Shown: one piece after another, positions 36,533-45,089 of the stretch
Layout: each line of letters begins with the position of its first letter
Numbering within the stretch: position 1 is the first letter of the stretch
Source: a virus
IMG/VR virus record: IMGVR_UViG_3300027806_000003
Location: 1-64,000 of that record
Reading direction: 5' to 3' (one strand)
Length of the DNA: 64,000 nt
Translations under genes and position numbers: made by a program
The notes under the pieces: model-generated
The model's input: only the letters and a program-made list of their open reading frames with translations
Told to the model about the DNA's origin: nothing
The model's database searches: none

Positions 36533-37471
36533 TTACGCCTCGAACGACCAGGCCTGAACGTTGCTCTTCATCGGCAGCGCCTCGAACACGCCGACGCTCT
36601 TGATGCCGCCATCGCCCTCACGGCCAGCGGCGATTTCCTTGAGCGTTCGGCGAACAACGCCCGCCAGCCAGCCCACCGCTTCCGCCTCGGCCCGCTCGAC
36701 CTGCCCGGCCTTGGCCCGCAGCAGCAGCGGCTTGTCCGCCAGAGCGTCAACATCCAGCGTGGCGCCGACGCGCTGCATGTGCGGAACCTCATCGATCAGC
36801 ACGTTGTCCCACACCGCCGCATCGATGACCACGTCCTCGGGCAGCTTGTCGGTGCCGGTCACTTCGGCCACGATGTCAACATCCACCTTGCTGGCACCCT
36901 GGCTGATCTTGCTGGTGCCCGTGGTGTTGCTGACGCTCTTCAGATCGCTGATAAGCTCGACCAAGTTGGCCGGCTCGTAGCGGGCCTGCATGTCGGTCTT
37001 CAGCAGCGTGCGCAGCTCCCGCTGGCCCGTCCGCTGGCTCTGCCGCAGGGCCCGCACGCGATGCCAAGTCTGCGAAATCGCCAGATCCATCCGCACGCCG
37101 TCGCCGTAGGCGATCGCTTCTTCATCTCGGTAAGCCTCGATCGCACCGAGGCTCACCAGCACAATGGGCTTGTACGGGCTGTCACCGCCGCCGCAGATCC
37201 GGTCGAGCATCGCGCACAGCGCGTCAACCGTCAGCGCCACCAACCGCACCGGCGGCTCAAGCGGCGACACCACCAGCCCCTCAACCTCCTCGCTGGTCAG
37301 CGCCCGTCCCGCGGCCCGGTCATAAACGATCTTGGTCCCGTTGGCCTTGTCGACATCGCTCACCGTCAGGCCCAGGTTCGCGCCCTTGCTCTCGGCCCAC
37401 TTGAGCACCTCGATCTGCCCACCACCGCCACCACCACCACCCGCCGTACCGCCATTCTTCTCACTGCTCAT
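36533..37471 (-). CDS. DUF2303/YfdQ-like phage protein
   Basis: AAGGA RBS; W....Q..Q..L...LVELISDL..KLPE..I..AVW pattern; paired with upstream small gene. Confidence 0.6.
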   Translation of the reverse strand: MSSEKNGGTAGGGGGGGGQIEVLKWAESKGANLGLTVSDVDKANGTKIVYDRAAGRALTSEEVEGLVVSPLEPPVRLVALTVDALCAMLDRICGGGDSPYKPIVLVSLGAIEAYRDEEAIAYGDGVRMDLAISQTWHRVRALRQSQRTGQRELRTLLKTDMQARYEPANLVELISDLKSVSNTTGTSKISQGASKVDVDIVAEVTGTDKLPEDVVIDAAVWDNVLIDEVPHMQRVGATLDVDALADKPLLLRAKAGQVERAEAEAVGWLAGVVRRTLKEIAAGREGDGGIKSVGVFEALPMKSNVQAWSFEA

Positions 37472-37554
37472 TGCATGTTCCTTGTCTTCACCGCCACACG
37501 TTGCACATCCACCATGCCGCACCCTTGCTCAGAACCAGCCGCGACGATCGCGGC

Positions 37555-37947
37555 TTACTCGCTCTGATCCTCAAGACCGCCGAAGGTCGCCTGCGCCACG
37601 TTGTCAGGATCGCCGCCGATCACGCCGGCAAACAACCGCTCACCGGTGGCCCGATCAACCGTCTCGGTGATCATGCACTCGTGGCCCTCGGTCTGCTGCG
37701 GCGGAACCACCGATCGGATCGCCACGTTGATCGTCGCCGTCGGCGCGGATTCCCCGGAGCCCTCATCGTCGCCGTGGCTCTTGGGGGTCACGCTCATCAC
37801 GATCGTCAACTTCCGCGCCGCGTTCACGCCGGGCCGCTTGGCCACATCGCGGAGCACCGTCCCGAGTTCCTTGTTGAAGATCTTGCCCACCAGCCCCTTC
37901 TTGAGCTTGCCGACCGCCCCCAGATCCAAGACCGCTCGCTGCGCCAT
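37555..37947 (-). CDS. YfdP-like partner of DUF2303
   Basis: GAAAGGA RBS; L..G....FN.EL..V..DV..RP....ARKLTI...VTP. Confidence 0.6.
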   Translation of the reverse strand: MAQRAVLDLGAVGKLKKGLVGKIFNKELGTVLRDVAKRPGVNAARKLTIVMSVTPKSHGDDEGSGESAPTATINVAIRSVVPPQQTEGHECMITETVDRATGERLFAGVIGGDPDNVAQATFGGLEDQSE

Positions 37948-38039
37948 GCGTATTCCTTTCTGCACCCGACCATGTTGCACACGCCCCTTTGCGCAGCGGA
38001 GTGCAACACACACTCCGCCGCGCGCCGGTGGCGACACCA

Positions 38040-38666
38040 TTACAAACCCTTCCGCCCCCCGGCCCCAGCCGCGCCCCCCGCCGTTTGCCCCATCCCCGTC
38101 GCCCGCTGCTGCATCTCACTGGCCAGCAGCATCAGCCGCCCCGCCTGGTCGGCCAGGGCCTGCGCCTCGTCCTTACTAATGACCGTGTCCTGCGCCGCGG
38201 CGTTCAGCCGCTCGGCCAGCATGCCGACCGAGGCCATCACGCCCAGCATCATGCGGTCAAGGCTCTGCGCCGCCGCGTCGGCCTCGCTCTCGGCCACCAG
38301 CGCGAATCCCCACTCCTCGCCCAGCCGCGACACCAGCCACGCCCGCGCGTCATCCGGCAGGTGCGGGATCAGCTTGAACAGCTGGAACCAGGGCACATGC
38401 CGATCCGCCTTGCTCGGCGAGAGCCAGGCCACGATCGTCTCGTACGAGATCCCGAGCCGATTGGCCAGGAACCGCCGCGTCACACCCAGCTCCTCGCACC
38501 GATGCACCGCCCCGCGGAAGAGCTCCTCCGCCCGCGCCCCCACCGGATCACGCACGAGATCCTCCTTGATCTCACCGTCTGCTCGCCGCAGGTCTGGCCG
38601 CCGCCCGTCCAGAAGTTTCCCGCGTTGTTGGCTTGTTATGTCCATGGACCCACGCAATCCTTCCAT
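38040..38666 (-). CDS. Phage regulatory protein, 186 CII-like
   Basis: LANRLGISYETI..WLSP....H; C-terminal G.L......AAQD.VISKDE. Confidence 0.6.
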   Translation of the reverse strand: MEGLRGSMDITSQQRGKLLDGRRPDLRRADGEIKEDLVRDPVGARAEELFRGAVHRCEELGVTRRFLANRLGISYETIVAWLSPSKADRHVPWFQLFKLIPHLPDDARAWLVSRLGEEWGFALVAESEADAAAQSLDRMMLGVMASVGMLAERLNAAAQDTVISKDEAQALADQAGRLMLLASEMQQRATGMGQTAGGAAGAGGRKGL

Positions 38667-38777
38667 CACTGTGCCACTGCGCCACTCCGCCACTGCACCA
38701 CTGCCCGCATCACTTCCCAACCAAACCCGCGTGCCGGGGCGCCAGCCCCGGCCGCGAGCGCACCAGCGCGGCCTCGC

Positions 38778-39860
38778 TCACACGCCCACCGTGTTTGCCT
38801 GCTCCGCACCGCCAACACCGCCAGCCGTTCCCCCAGCCGCCCCCCCGCCCCCGCCCGCCGCCACCACCGCCTCCAGCTCCGCCAAGCGCGACACCAGCGC
38901 CGCCACATCCGCCGCCAGCGCCCTGGCCGCCGCGGCGTCGATCCCCGCCCCCCGCTCAGCGCTCACGCTGATCCGAGCCAGCACCCGCTGCGCATGCCCC
39001 CTTGCCGCCACCACCGCCTTCTCAGCCGCCGCGAACATCGGCACCAGACTCAGCTGCACCGCCGCCGGCTGCACCACCCCCGCGGCCATCGGCCCCCGGC
39101 CATCGGTCTTTGATCCTCCCACGTTTCCTAACGGGGGAGGTGGCGAGTCCTCGAGCCGGATGGGGTCCCCGCCTTCGCCTTCGGCCCCGAAGGGGCCGCG
39201 GCCTGCCCCCCCAATAGCCACGTGTGCAACCCGTGGAAACGTCTGCACGCTCGCTCCTGCCCCGGCAGGGGCAGAGGAGAGCCCCGCCAATCCACCCCCA
39301 GCATTTCCCCTCGGAGTTGGACCAATCGGTCCAACTTCAAGGGTTCTCCCCGGCCCGCCGATGGCACCGACGATGATCTCGGCCTCGTGCGTGCTCAGCC
39401 GGCCTTCGTCGGCGTTGCGGCTGATCCGCGCCGCCATCGTGGCGTGTCCCGCCTGGGCCAGCCGCTTGGCCGCGTCCTTGGCCGCCGCCCGCACCGCCTG
39501 CTCGTTCATGTCCCCGTCGCGGCCAAAGGCCTCGCCCAGCGCGATCGCCCGGCTGACCAGCTTGGCGTGGAGCTGGCTCTCTCGCTGCCACTGCCCCCAG
39601 GCCCCGTGCCTGCCGCGTGCCATGAGCTGCTGCCGCACCGCGATCAGGTACGCCCCAAGCTGCACCCGCGCCCGCAGCAGATCCTTCTTCTTCACCGCCA
39701 CCAGGCTGGCCAGGCTCCCCGCCCGCGCGATACTCGCCCCCCAGGTCACCTCGAGCGTGGCCCCGTCCACCGTCGGCACCACCAGCGGCGCGTACACGCC
39801 AGCGCCAGCCCCAACGGCAACACCAGCCGCCGCCCCCGACTCAATCCGCAGTGCGGTCAT
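38778..39860 (-). CDS. DUF3102-like protein with repeat-derived insert
   Basis: QLGAYLIAVRQQL..RHGAWGQW; both repeat families in-frame at 39084-39278. Confidence 0.55.
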   Translation of the reverse strand: MTALRIESGAAAGVAVGAGAGVYAPLVVPTVDGATLEVTWGASIARAGSLASLVAVKKKDLLRARVQLGAYLIAVRQQLMARGRHGAWGQWQRESQLHAKLVSRAIALGEAFGRDGDMNEQAVRAAAKDAAKRLAQAGHATMAARISRNADEGRLSTHEAEIIVGAIGGPGRTLEVGPIGPTPRGNAGGGLAGLSSAPAGAGASVQTFPRVAHVAIGGAGRGPFGAEGEGGDPIRLEDSPPPPLGNVGGSKTDGRGPMAAGVVQPAAVQLSLVPMFAAAEKAVVAARGHAQRVLARISVSAERGAGIDAAAARALAADVAALVSRLAELEAVVAAGGGGGAAGGTAGGVGGAEQANTVGV

Positions 39861-39939
39861 GGCTCACCCCCGTCATCGGCCCCGGGCTCAATCACCACGC
39901 CCGCTCCTTCCCACTTCCTCTTGCTCTTGCTCTTGCTCC

Positions 39940-40614
39940 TCACGCCGCACCCCCATCCTGCCGCCCGGCCTGCCCCTCTTCCCTCCGCTCCCCTTCCCTT
40001 CGCGTCTTCGCGTCTTCGTGCGCCCGCCCCCGCGCCTTCTCCTCCGCCTCCATCTCGCGTATGAACTCCGCGTGCTCGGCCCCCAGCAGCCTGGCCATCA
40101 GCCCGATCGGCGTGCCGTCCAGGTCCGCCAGCCCGGCGACGATCTCCAGCCCGTGATAGCACAGGGTCTGCGTCACGGTCCCGCCCCCGGCGGTGCCCTC
40201 GCTCCACTTGCACAGCCCGTCTCGTTTGCTGGCCCAGGTCATGGCCACCGCGTGGTAGAGCCCGCTGGCGTCGATCGGCATGCCGATGCTGCGTGCCCGC
40301 TGGGCGACCTGAACCCAGTCCACCTGGTCAACATCCGCCCGTCCGCAGTGCACCAGCGTCTCGGTGATCAGCCCCGCGGCCACGGCCCGCGCCGTGATCT
40401 GGTGGGCCTCGCAGATCAGTTCCCGCCCCCGCCGCCGCGCCTCGGCGATCGACCACACATCGGCGGTCACCGCATCGGGCAGGCGGTACACCATCTGCCC
40501 CACCGGCGGCCTCGGTGCCCGCCCGAACTCGCCAACCGGCTCGAGCCCCATCGCCGCGGCCTCGGCCCCCAGCGCCGGCAGCCGGCCCTTCTCATCTCGC
40601 TGCACGCTGATCAC
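39940..40614 (-). CDS. Hypothetical protein
   Basis: GTGA-coupled start; early operon. Confidence 0.5.
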   Translation of the reverse strand: MISVQRDEKGRLPALGAEAAAMGLEPVGEFGRAPRPPVGQMVYRLPDAVTADVWSIAEARRRGRELICEAHQITARAVAAGLITETLVHCGRADVDQVDWVQVAQRARSIGMPIDASGLYHAVAMTWASKRDGLCKWSEGTAGGGTVTQTLCYHGLEIVAGLADLDGTPIGLMARLLGAEHAEFIREMEAEEKARGRAHEDAKTRREGERREEGQAGRQDGGAA

Positions 40615-40949
40615 AGGCCACCCCCAGCGTTCTGGCCCTCGGCCATCGGGATGCGGCCCCCGGACCCAACGGGGCCGCGGGATGTCGCCACGGGTGAAGC
40701 GCAGCGCAACCCGTGGACAGCCTTCGCCCCCACAGATCCTTCCCCGCCCACCGTCAGATTGGCCAACCGGGGAGGTGCCGAGTCCCAAGTGTCATTTGGG
40801 AGGCGGAGGGGGCGAGCCGCTCGCGCCACCGGCCTGACCACCGCCGCCACCAGCCTTCGGATCGCGGCATCACTGGCCTCGGCCTCAACGAACACAAGCC
40901 GCATCGCTGCGGCTGGTGGTGTCGGTACAACGGGTCTGGTCTTGTTCAC
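40611..40949 (-). CDS. First early ORF, largely repeat-derived C-terminus
   Basis: GGAG + GTG; contains family-1 and family-2 elements. Confidence 0.35.
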   Translation of the reverse strand: MNKTRPVVPTPPAAAMRLVFVEAEASDAAIRRLVAAVVRPVARAARPLRLPNDTWDSAPPRLANLTVGGEGSVGAKAVHGLRCASPVATSRGPVGSGGRIPMAEGQNAGGGL

Positions 40950-41093
40950 GCGCGTGCTCCACTGCCCTCTCGGGCCTTGTCGGGTCGGCGGCCATCCACG
41001 GTCGCCGTGCCCCTAAAACCCGCGGCGAGCGTTGAAACTCGCCGAGGGCTGGATGGCTTTCGTGGGCCTTGAACCCCACGCACGCACGGGAGG

Positions 41094-41195
41094 ATTGTGC
41101 CATGCGTAGGGCATATGTCAAACACAAGTGTCAAAGAAGTCTATAAATCCCCGGTTTGGGGCGTTTGTTGACATTGCCACCACACACGGAAGACT
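41094..41195. promoter_or_regulatory. Divergent promoters of the immunity switch
   Basis: Minus: TTGACA(41121-16)-16nt-CACAAT with TG extension, second TTGACA at 41134-29; plus: TTGACA(41168-73)-16nt-AAGACT 5 nt before repressor ATG (leaderless-like); AT-rich. Confidence 0.7.
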
Positions 41196-41200
41196 CATGC

Positions 41201-41794
41201 ATGAACCCGGTCGCAGAACTTCGCCGGGGGCGGGGTCTGACGCAGAGTGAACTCGCCGCCGCGGCGGGCGTGCATCTTCGCACCGTCTGGCGAATGGAGC
41301 ATGACAGAGGCTCGGCAACACTTCCGAGCGTCACCGCCGTAGTGATCGCGCTGCACGACTCCTCCGGAGTTTCTGAGGATGAACTGTTTTCTGTTGCCCG
41401 CCACTTTGGGCTTCCGCCGGCCCCGATACTGGCTCGCCTTGGAGTTCAATCGGTGCGATCAGGAACGGCGCCGGCAAGCGTTGCGGACACCGATCGGCTC
41501 ATCGCAAAGCTGCGCGTTGCCATCGCGGAGCTCGGCGTAGCAGCCGTCGAACAGCACCTCAATGACGTTCTCATGGCGGCTTTTGCCAAAAACTCGCCGC
41601 CGCCCGCGACCGCCGTTGGTGCCACTTCCGATGAGCATGTCATGACCGTCGCATCGAACCCCCGCAAGAGCCCGCTCGGCCCGAACATCCTGGAGCAGGA
41701 GTTTCGCCACTACTCGCCAGCCCCTCCACCAGCCGCGCCCACCGAGCCTCAGCAGTCCCCGTCCAAGCCCGCCCCCAAACGCCGACCCGGATAA
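41201..41794 (+). CDS. XRE-family HTH repressor
   Basis: VAELRRGRGLTQSELAAAAGVHLRTVWRMEH; divergent from early operon; no S24 domain evident. Confidence 0.85.
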   Translation: MNPVAELRRGRGLTQSELAAAAGVHLRTVWRMEHDRGSATLPSVTAVVIALHDSSGVSEDELFSVARHFGLPPAPILARLGVQSVRSGTAPASVADTDRLIAKLRVAIAELGVAAVEQHLNDVLMAAFAKNSPPPATAVGATSDEHVMTVASNPRKSPLGPNILEQEFRHYSPAPPPAAPTEPQQSPSKPAPKRRPG

Positions 41795-41797
41795 CTC

Positions 41798-41897
41798 TTC
41801 GGCCCCGAAGGGGCCGAGGTATGTAGCCACGGGTGGAGCGCAGCGCAACCCGTGGACAGCCTTCCCCTTCATTCCTGCCCCGGCAGGGGCAGAGGAG
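41798..41897 (+). repeat. Family-1 REP-like element after repressor
   Basis: Full three-hairpin copy. Confidence 0.85.
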
Positions 41898-41990
41898 TCT
41901 CGGAGCCACGATCCCGCCCGCCCGCACGCGACCATCGCCGCTCTCTTTGCTTTGCCGCTTCACCGCGATCATCATCAAAGGCCCTCCCTC

Positions 41991-42431
41991 ATGCCCAGGT
42001 ATCACATCCACACCGTCATCGACGGCCGCCGCAAGATCGCCAAGCTCGATGCACCCTCCGAGGCCGCCGCCCGCGATCAGGCCACCCGCGCGGGCCTGAT
42101 CATCAACGCCATCGAGCTCGCTCCCGAGCCGCCCCAGCCCGCCAGCCAGCCCGCGCCGGAACCGCTCATCACGCCCGCCTCGGCGCCTCCGCACGATGCT
42201 GCCATCGCCGATCTCCTCGCCCGCATCCACGCGGATCTTGTCGTGCTCAAGGCCCACACAGCTTTCCTCGAGCCCATCGCCCGGTGCGAACTTCTCCGGC
42301 GTCCAAACTTCACGCTCATCGCCACCGTCTGCCTGGGCATCTTCTTCGGCGTGGTCTTCCTGCTGGTCGTGGCGTTCTTCGTGCTCCTGTTCTTTAACCA
42401 GGTCGGTCGTTTCACCCGCACCGGCGGCTGA
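41991..42431 (+). CDS. Membrane protein (moron) with PilC/GspF-N-terminus-like domain
   Basis: MPRYHIHTVIDGRRKIAKLDAPSEAAARDQATRAGL; Pro linker; C-terminal TM; co-oriented with repressor. Confidence 0.75.
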   Translation: MPRYHIHTVIDGRRKIAKLDAPSEAAARDQATRAGLIINAIELAPEPPQPASQPAPEPLITPASAPPHDAAIADLLARIHADLVVLKAHTAFLEPIARCELLRRPNFTLIATVCLGIFFGVVFLLVVAFFVLLFFNQVGRFTRTGG

Positions 42432-42460
42432 CACCCACCCGCCGACCGCACCAACCACCC

Positions 42461-42949
42461 TTATTTGACCATTTGACCATTTGACCATTTGGCTCTTCGC
42501 CTCCGCCCCACCCTCCACCACCGGTCCAGGTTCGTCACCGCCCACAGCGTGACCCTGACCGCTCGCTTGAGCGGAATCACGCATCCGCACCCGGGCACCT
42601 TCGGCGCCAGCGGCGTGCTGATCTTGCCCTGGCTCCAAAGCTCCAGCCGTTGCCACATCGGCGATCCCCGCGTCCGCACACGCACGCTCACACGCCCGAT
42701 CGTGATCGGCGTGCTGACCACGCCCTTGGCATCCGGATGGCGGCCCTCGGGGCAAGGCAGGCCGTAGACCGTGTGCTCGTCCACCGTGTACCCCGACCGC
42801 GAGCACACGCCGGCATCGGCGTGCTCGCCGGTCTGCCGCATGTTCGGGCACGCCGCGCAGATGACCGCTCGCGTCACCGTCTGTCCGTCGCGCTTCGCGC
42901 CGTTGCGACACGCGATCGTGCCCTTTGTCTGTCCGCATCCGCAGGTCAT
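42461..42949 (-). CDS. Cys-rich small protein, last late gene (allele 2)
   Basis: Paralog of 3249-3740 with diverged C-terminal half; ends in CCATTTGA array typical of phage A. Confidence 0.75.
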   Translation of the reverse strand: MTCGCGQTKGTIACRNGAKRDGQTVTRAVICAACPNMRQTGEHADAGVCSRSGYTVDEHTVYGLPCPEGRHPDAKGVVSTPITIGRVSVRVRTRGSPMWQRLELWSQGKISTPLAPKVPGCGCVIPLKRAVRVTLWAVTNLDRWWRVGRRRRAKWSNGQMVK

Positions 42950-43782
42950 GGAAGGTTCCCTCCTCCGCCGATAATGCCGCGGCACTCTGGCGTGTCGGTA
43001 AAGTACGCTTTGGGGTTCCTTCGGTCGCCAGAGCCTGGTGCGCTGAACTGCTTGAACCCAGAAGATTCGGCTTCGTCAAACTCGCCATTACCAAGATTGA
43101 GACGCTGAAGCCTGTAGTACGCGGAGCGTCGGCAGTCAAAGAACGCCCGAACGATGTCCACTTCGCACGCCCCGCACGCCAAGATGTCAGGCGGCGGGGG
43201 CTGCCTGCCAAAGCAAGAAAAGAACCCGCTGAATGGGCCGTTGGGGTATGGTTCGGAGGCGAAGCAGTTGAAGGGTTGCGGCGTTACTTGGCTCACCGTC
43301 GTGGTGGTGCCGCTAACCGGGTCTGTCCTGATGCGAGTTAGCGTGGCGGAGCCCGACCATTCACAGCAGTCTCCGGGGGTCGCGTTAGGCCGCTGCGACC
43401 ACGTGACATTGCTCTCGAAGATTTGCTCTTCAACCGTCTCGCCGCCGGCTCGAACGGATCGACTCTTGAAGGTCCATCGCATCCGCGCGGTCATGCCTGC
43501 AATCTGGCACTCGTCGGTCGGAATAAGGTATGTGCCAGGCGGCGCGTTTGGGTCGATCGGATTCGGATCGTCGATCATCCTGCACAGAAATGGACAGCAA
43601 CAATTCGCACACACCGCGTTTGTGCCAACATCGGCACATCGGGCTATCTGTTCTCCCTGCGGCTGAAATGGAAGCGGACAACCTGTGCCATACTCCGGAC
43701 CTCGGGGTGCCGACGGGTCGAACCACGGCGGCGGGCCGCCCGGCCCCCACGGCGGCTCGCCATTCCACCCATCACCGCAGCA
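42722..43782 (+). repeat. 1061-bp direct repeat, copy 2
   Basis: Matches 3513-4573. Confidence 0.95.
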
Positions 43783-43866
43783 GTTCGGCGGCGGCGGACA
43801 CGCGCCGGTGTACAGCTTGCCCGCGGCCGTCGTGATGATCTTGCCGTTATCGAGCTGGTAGATCAT
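42946..43866 (-). CDS. Cys-rich putative tail-end protein (phage B N-terminus)
   Basis: Identical to 3737-4654 from CCGDGWNG onward; different first ~28 aa. Confidence 0.75.
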   Translation of the reverse strand: MIYQLDNGKIITTAAGKLYTGACPPPPNCCGDGWNGEPPWGPGGPPPWFDPSAPRGPEYGTGCPLPFQPQGEQIARCADVGTNAVCANCCCPFLCRMIDDPNPIDPNAPPGTYLIPTDECQIAGMTARMRWTFKSRSVRAGGETVEEQIFESNVTWSQRPNATPGDCCEWSGSATLTRIRTDPVSGTTTTVSQVTPQPFNCFASEPYPNGPFSGFFSCFGRQPPPPDILACGACEVDIVRAFFDCRRSAYYRLQRLNLGNGEFDEAESSGFKQFSAPGSGDRRNPKAYFTDTPECRGIIGGGGNLP

Positions 43867-45089
43867 GTCGGCCCCGGCGCGGGCTCAGGCTCGCAGACCT
43901 GGACTTCGAGCCGCTCTTGGATGAGCAGGTACCAGCCAAGGCCTCCGTCGCCGTTGTCGTCCCGAATGCACAGCGCGCGAGCGCCGACGATCGCTGGCAC
44001 GATGATGCCGTCGGGCATCACCGGTGTCCCCCAATGCGGCCGCACGTTCGTGAGGGTCTGGTCGGTGCCGCGGATCTTCACCGAGTAGTTGACCGACGAG
44101 ACGACCGTCGGCTCCGTCGCGCTCGCCGCGGTGATCTCGCCGATGAGAATGTTTGGCGTCGGGCGCTCGAACGCGAACAGCGTCTCGCCGGTCGTCGTTC
44201 GCTGGGGCCACGCGTGCACGATCGTTCCGGGTCGGACCTGCTCGAGCCACTCGTTCTCTCGATGCGTGGTGTCGGTGTGTGTGGCTTCGAGCAGGTTGAT
44301 CGCGCGATACGGCTGGAAGTCGGCCGAGGTGATCCCTCCCGGCTTCGCCACCCACGTGCCGAAGTCGGGGCTCTCGGGGTCAGTGTCCCAGGCGACCTGC
44401 GTGAAGTGATACAGGTAGCGGTACTGCCTGGTCTCTGCCGGGTCTGAGCCCGGCACTTCCCACGGCTCGGCGTTGTCGATACGAATCGTGATCGGCCCCG
44501 CCGGCAAGGGGCCGAGGTGCAGCATGGCCCACAGCGGGAGTGGTTCTTCCGGCGTGCCGTGCCCAGGCTCTTCGTCGCCGCTGAAGCCGGCTTCCGCCGC
44601 GATGATGGTGAACTCGCCGACCTCGCCGGCATGCAGCGTGCGCGACCCGGCGCGGAGGCTCGCACGACTCTGGCCCTCGCGCGTGATGATCACCAGCGCC
44701 GGGACCATCCCGTGGACGACGACCGGGCCGACCGCTCCCGGCAGGATGGGCCTGGCGGCGATGCATGTGCGGCCTACATGGGTCTCCGCCGGCTCGATGA
44801 GCCTCATGACGGGGCGGGTCTGGAACAGGTTCGCCGATGGATCGACCAGGTCATCCTCGCCGACTCGGGCCGGCTCCCAGCACGGGCCGCCGAGTGCCAT
44901 CGCCTGGCCCTTCTCGATCAGCGTGGCCGTGGTGTTGAGCGCGGCGAGCACGCGGGGCCGCTCTGTGGAGTCTTCGGTAGTTTGGCCGAGGGTGCGAGAC
45001 TCCGCGGCCGCGGCGGCTTGCTGCCAGCGGTTGAGGGTGCTTGCCTTGAGCCTGACATTCTCGCCGGATTGGAAGATCCGTTCGGCCAT
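43863..45089 (-). CDS. Putative tail tip protein
   Basis: 408 aa; LKASTLN N-terminus; C-terminus similar to 4655-5128. Confidence 0.65.
   Translation of the reverse strand: MAERIFQSGENVRLKASTLNRWQQAAAAAESRTLGQTTEDSTERPRVLAALNTTATLIEKGQAMALGGPCWEPARVGEDDLVDPSANLFQTRPVMRLIEPAETHVGRTCIAARPILPGAVGPVVVHGMVPALVIITREGQSRASLRAGSRTLHAGEVGEFTIIAAEAGFSGDEEPGHGTPEEPLPLWAMLHLGPLPAGPITIRIDNAEPWEVPGSDPAETRQYRYLYHFTQVAWDTDPESPDFGTWVAKPGGITSADFQPYRAINLLEATHTDTTHRENEWLEQVRPGTIVHAWPQRTTTGETLFAFERPTPNILIGEITAASATEPTVVSSVNYSVKIRGTDQTLTNVRPHWGTPVMPDGIIVPAIVGARALCIRDDNGDGGLGWYLLIQERLEVQVCEPEPAPGPT

Larger units (their letters stand above)
3513..42721. mobile_element. Phage A: apparently complete 39.2-kb temperate siphovirus-like genome
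   Basis: Packaging, head, tail, replication, integration and immunity modules between the two repeat copies; shared repeat families throughout. Confidence 0.85.

Noticed and set aside
5947-42492. CRISPR array or mini-arrays
   Set aside because: Repeats are dispersed or directly tandem, with no regular repeat-spacer period and no cas genes
3249-43866. Diversity-generating retroelement (template/variable repeat)
   Set aside because: No reverse transcriptase seen; the long repeat appears identical, and flanking differences are not adenine-specific
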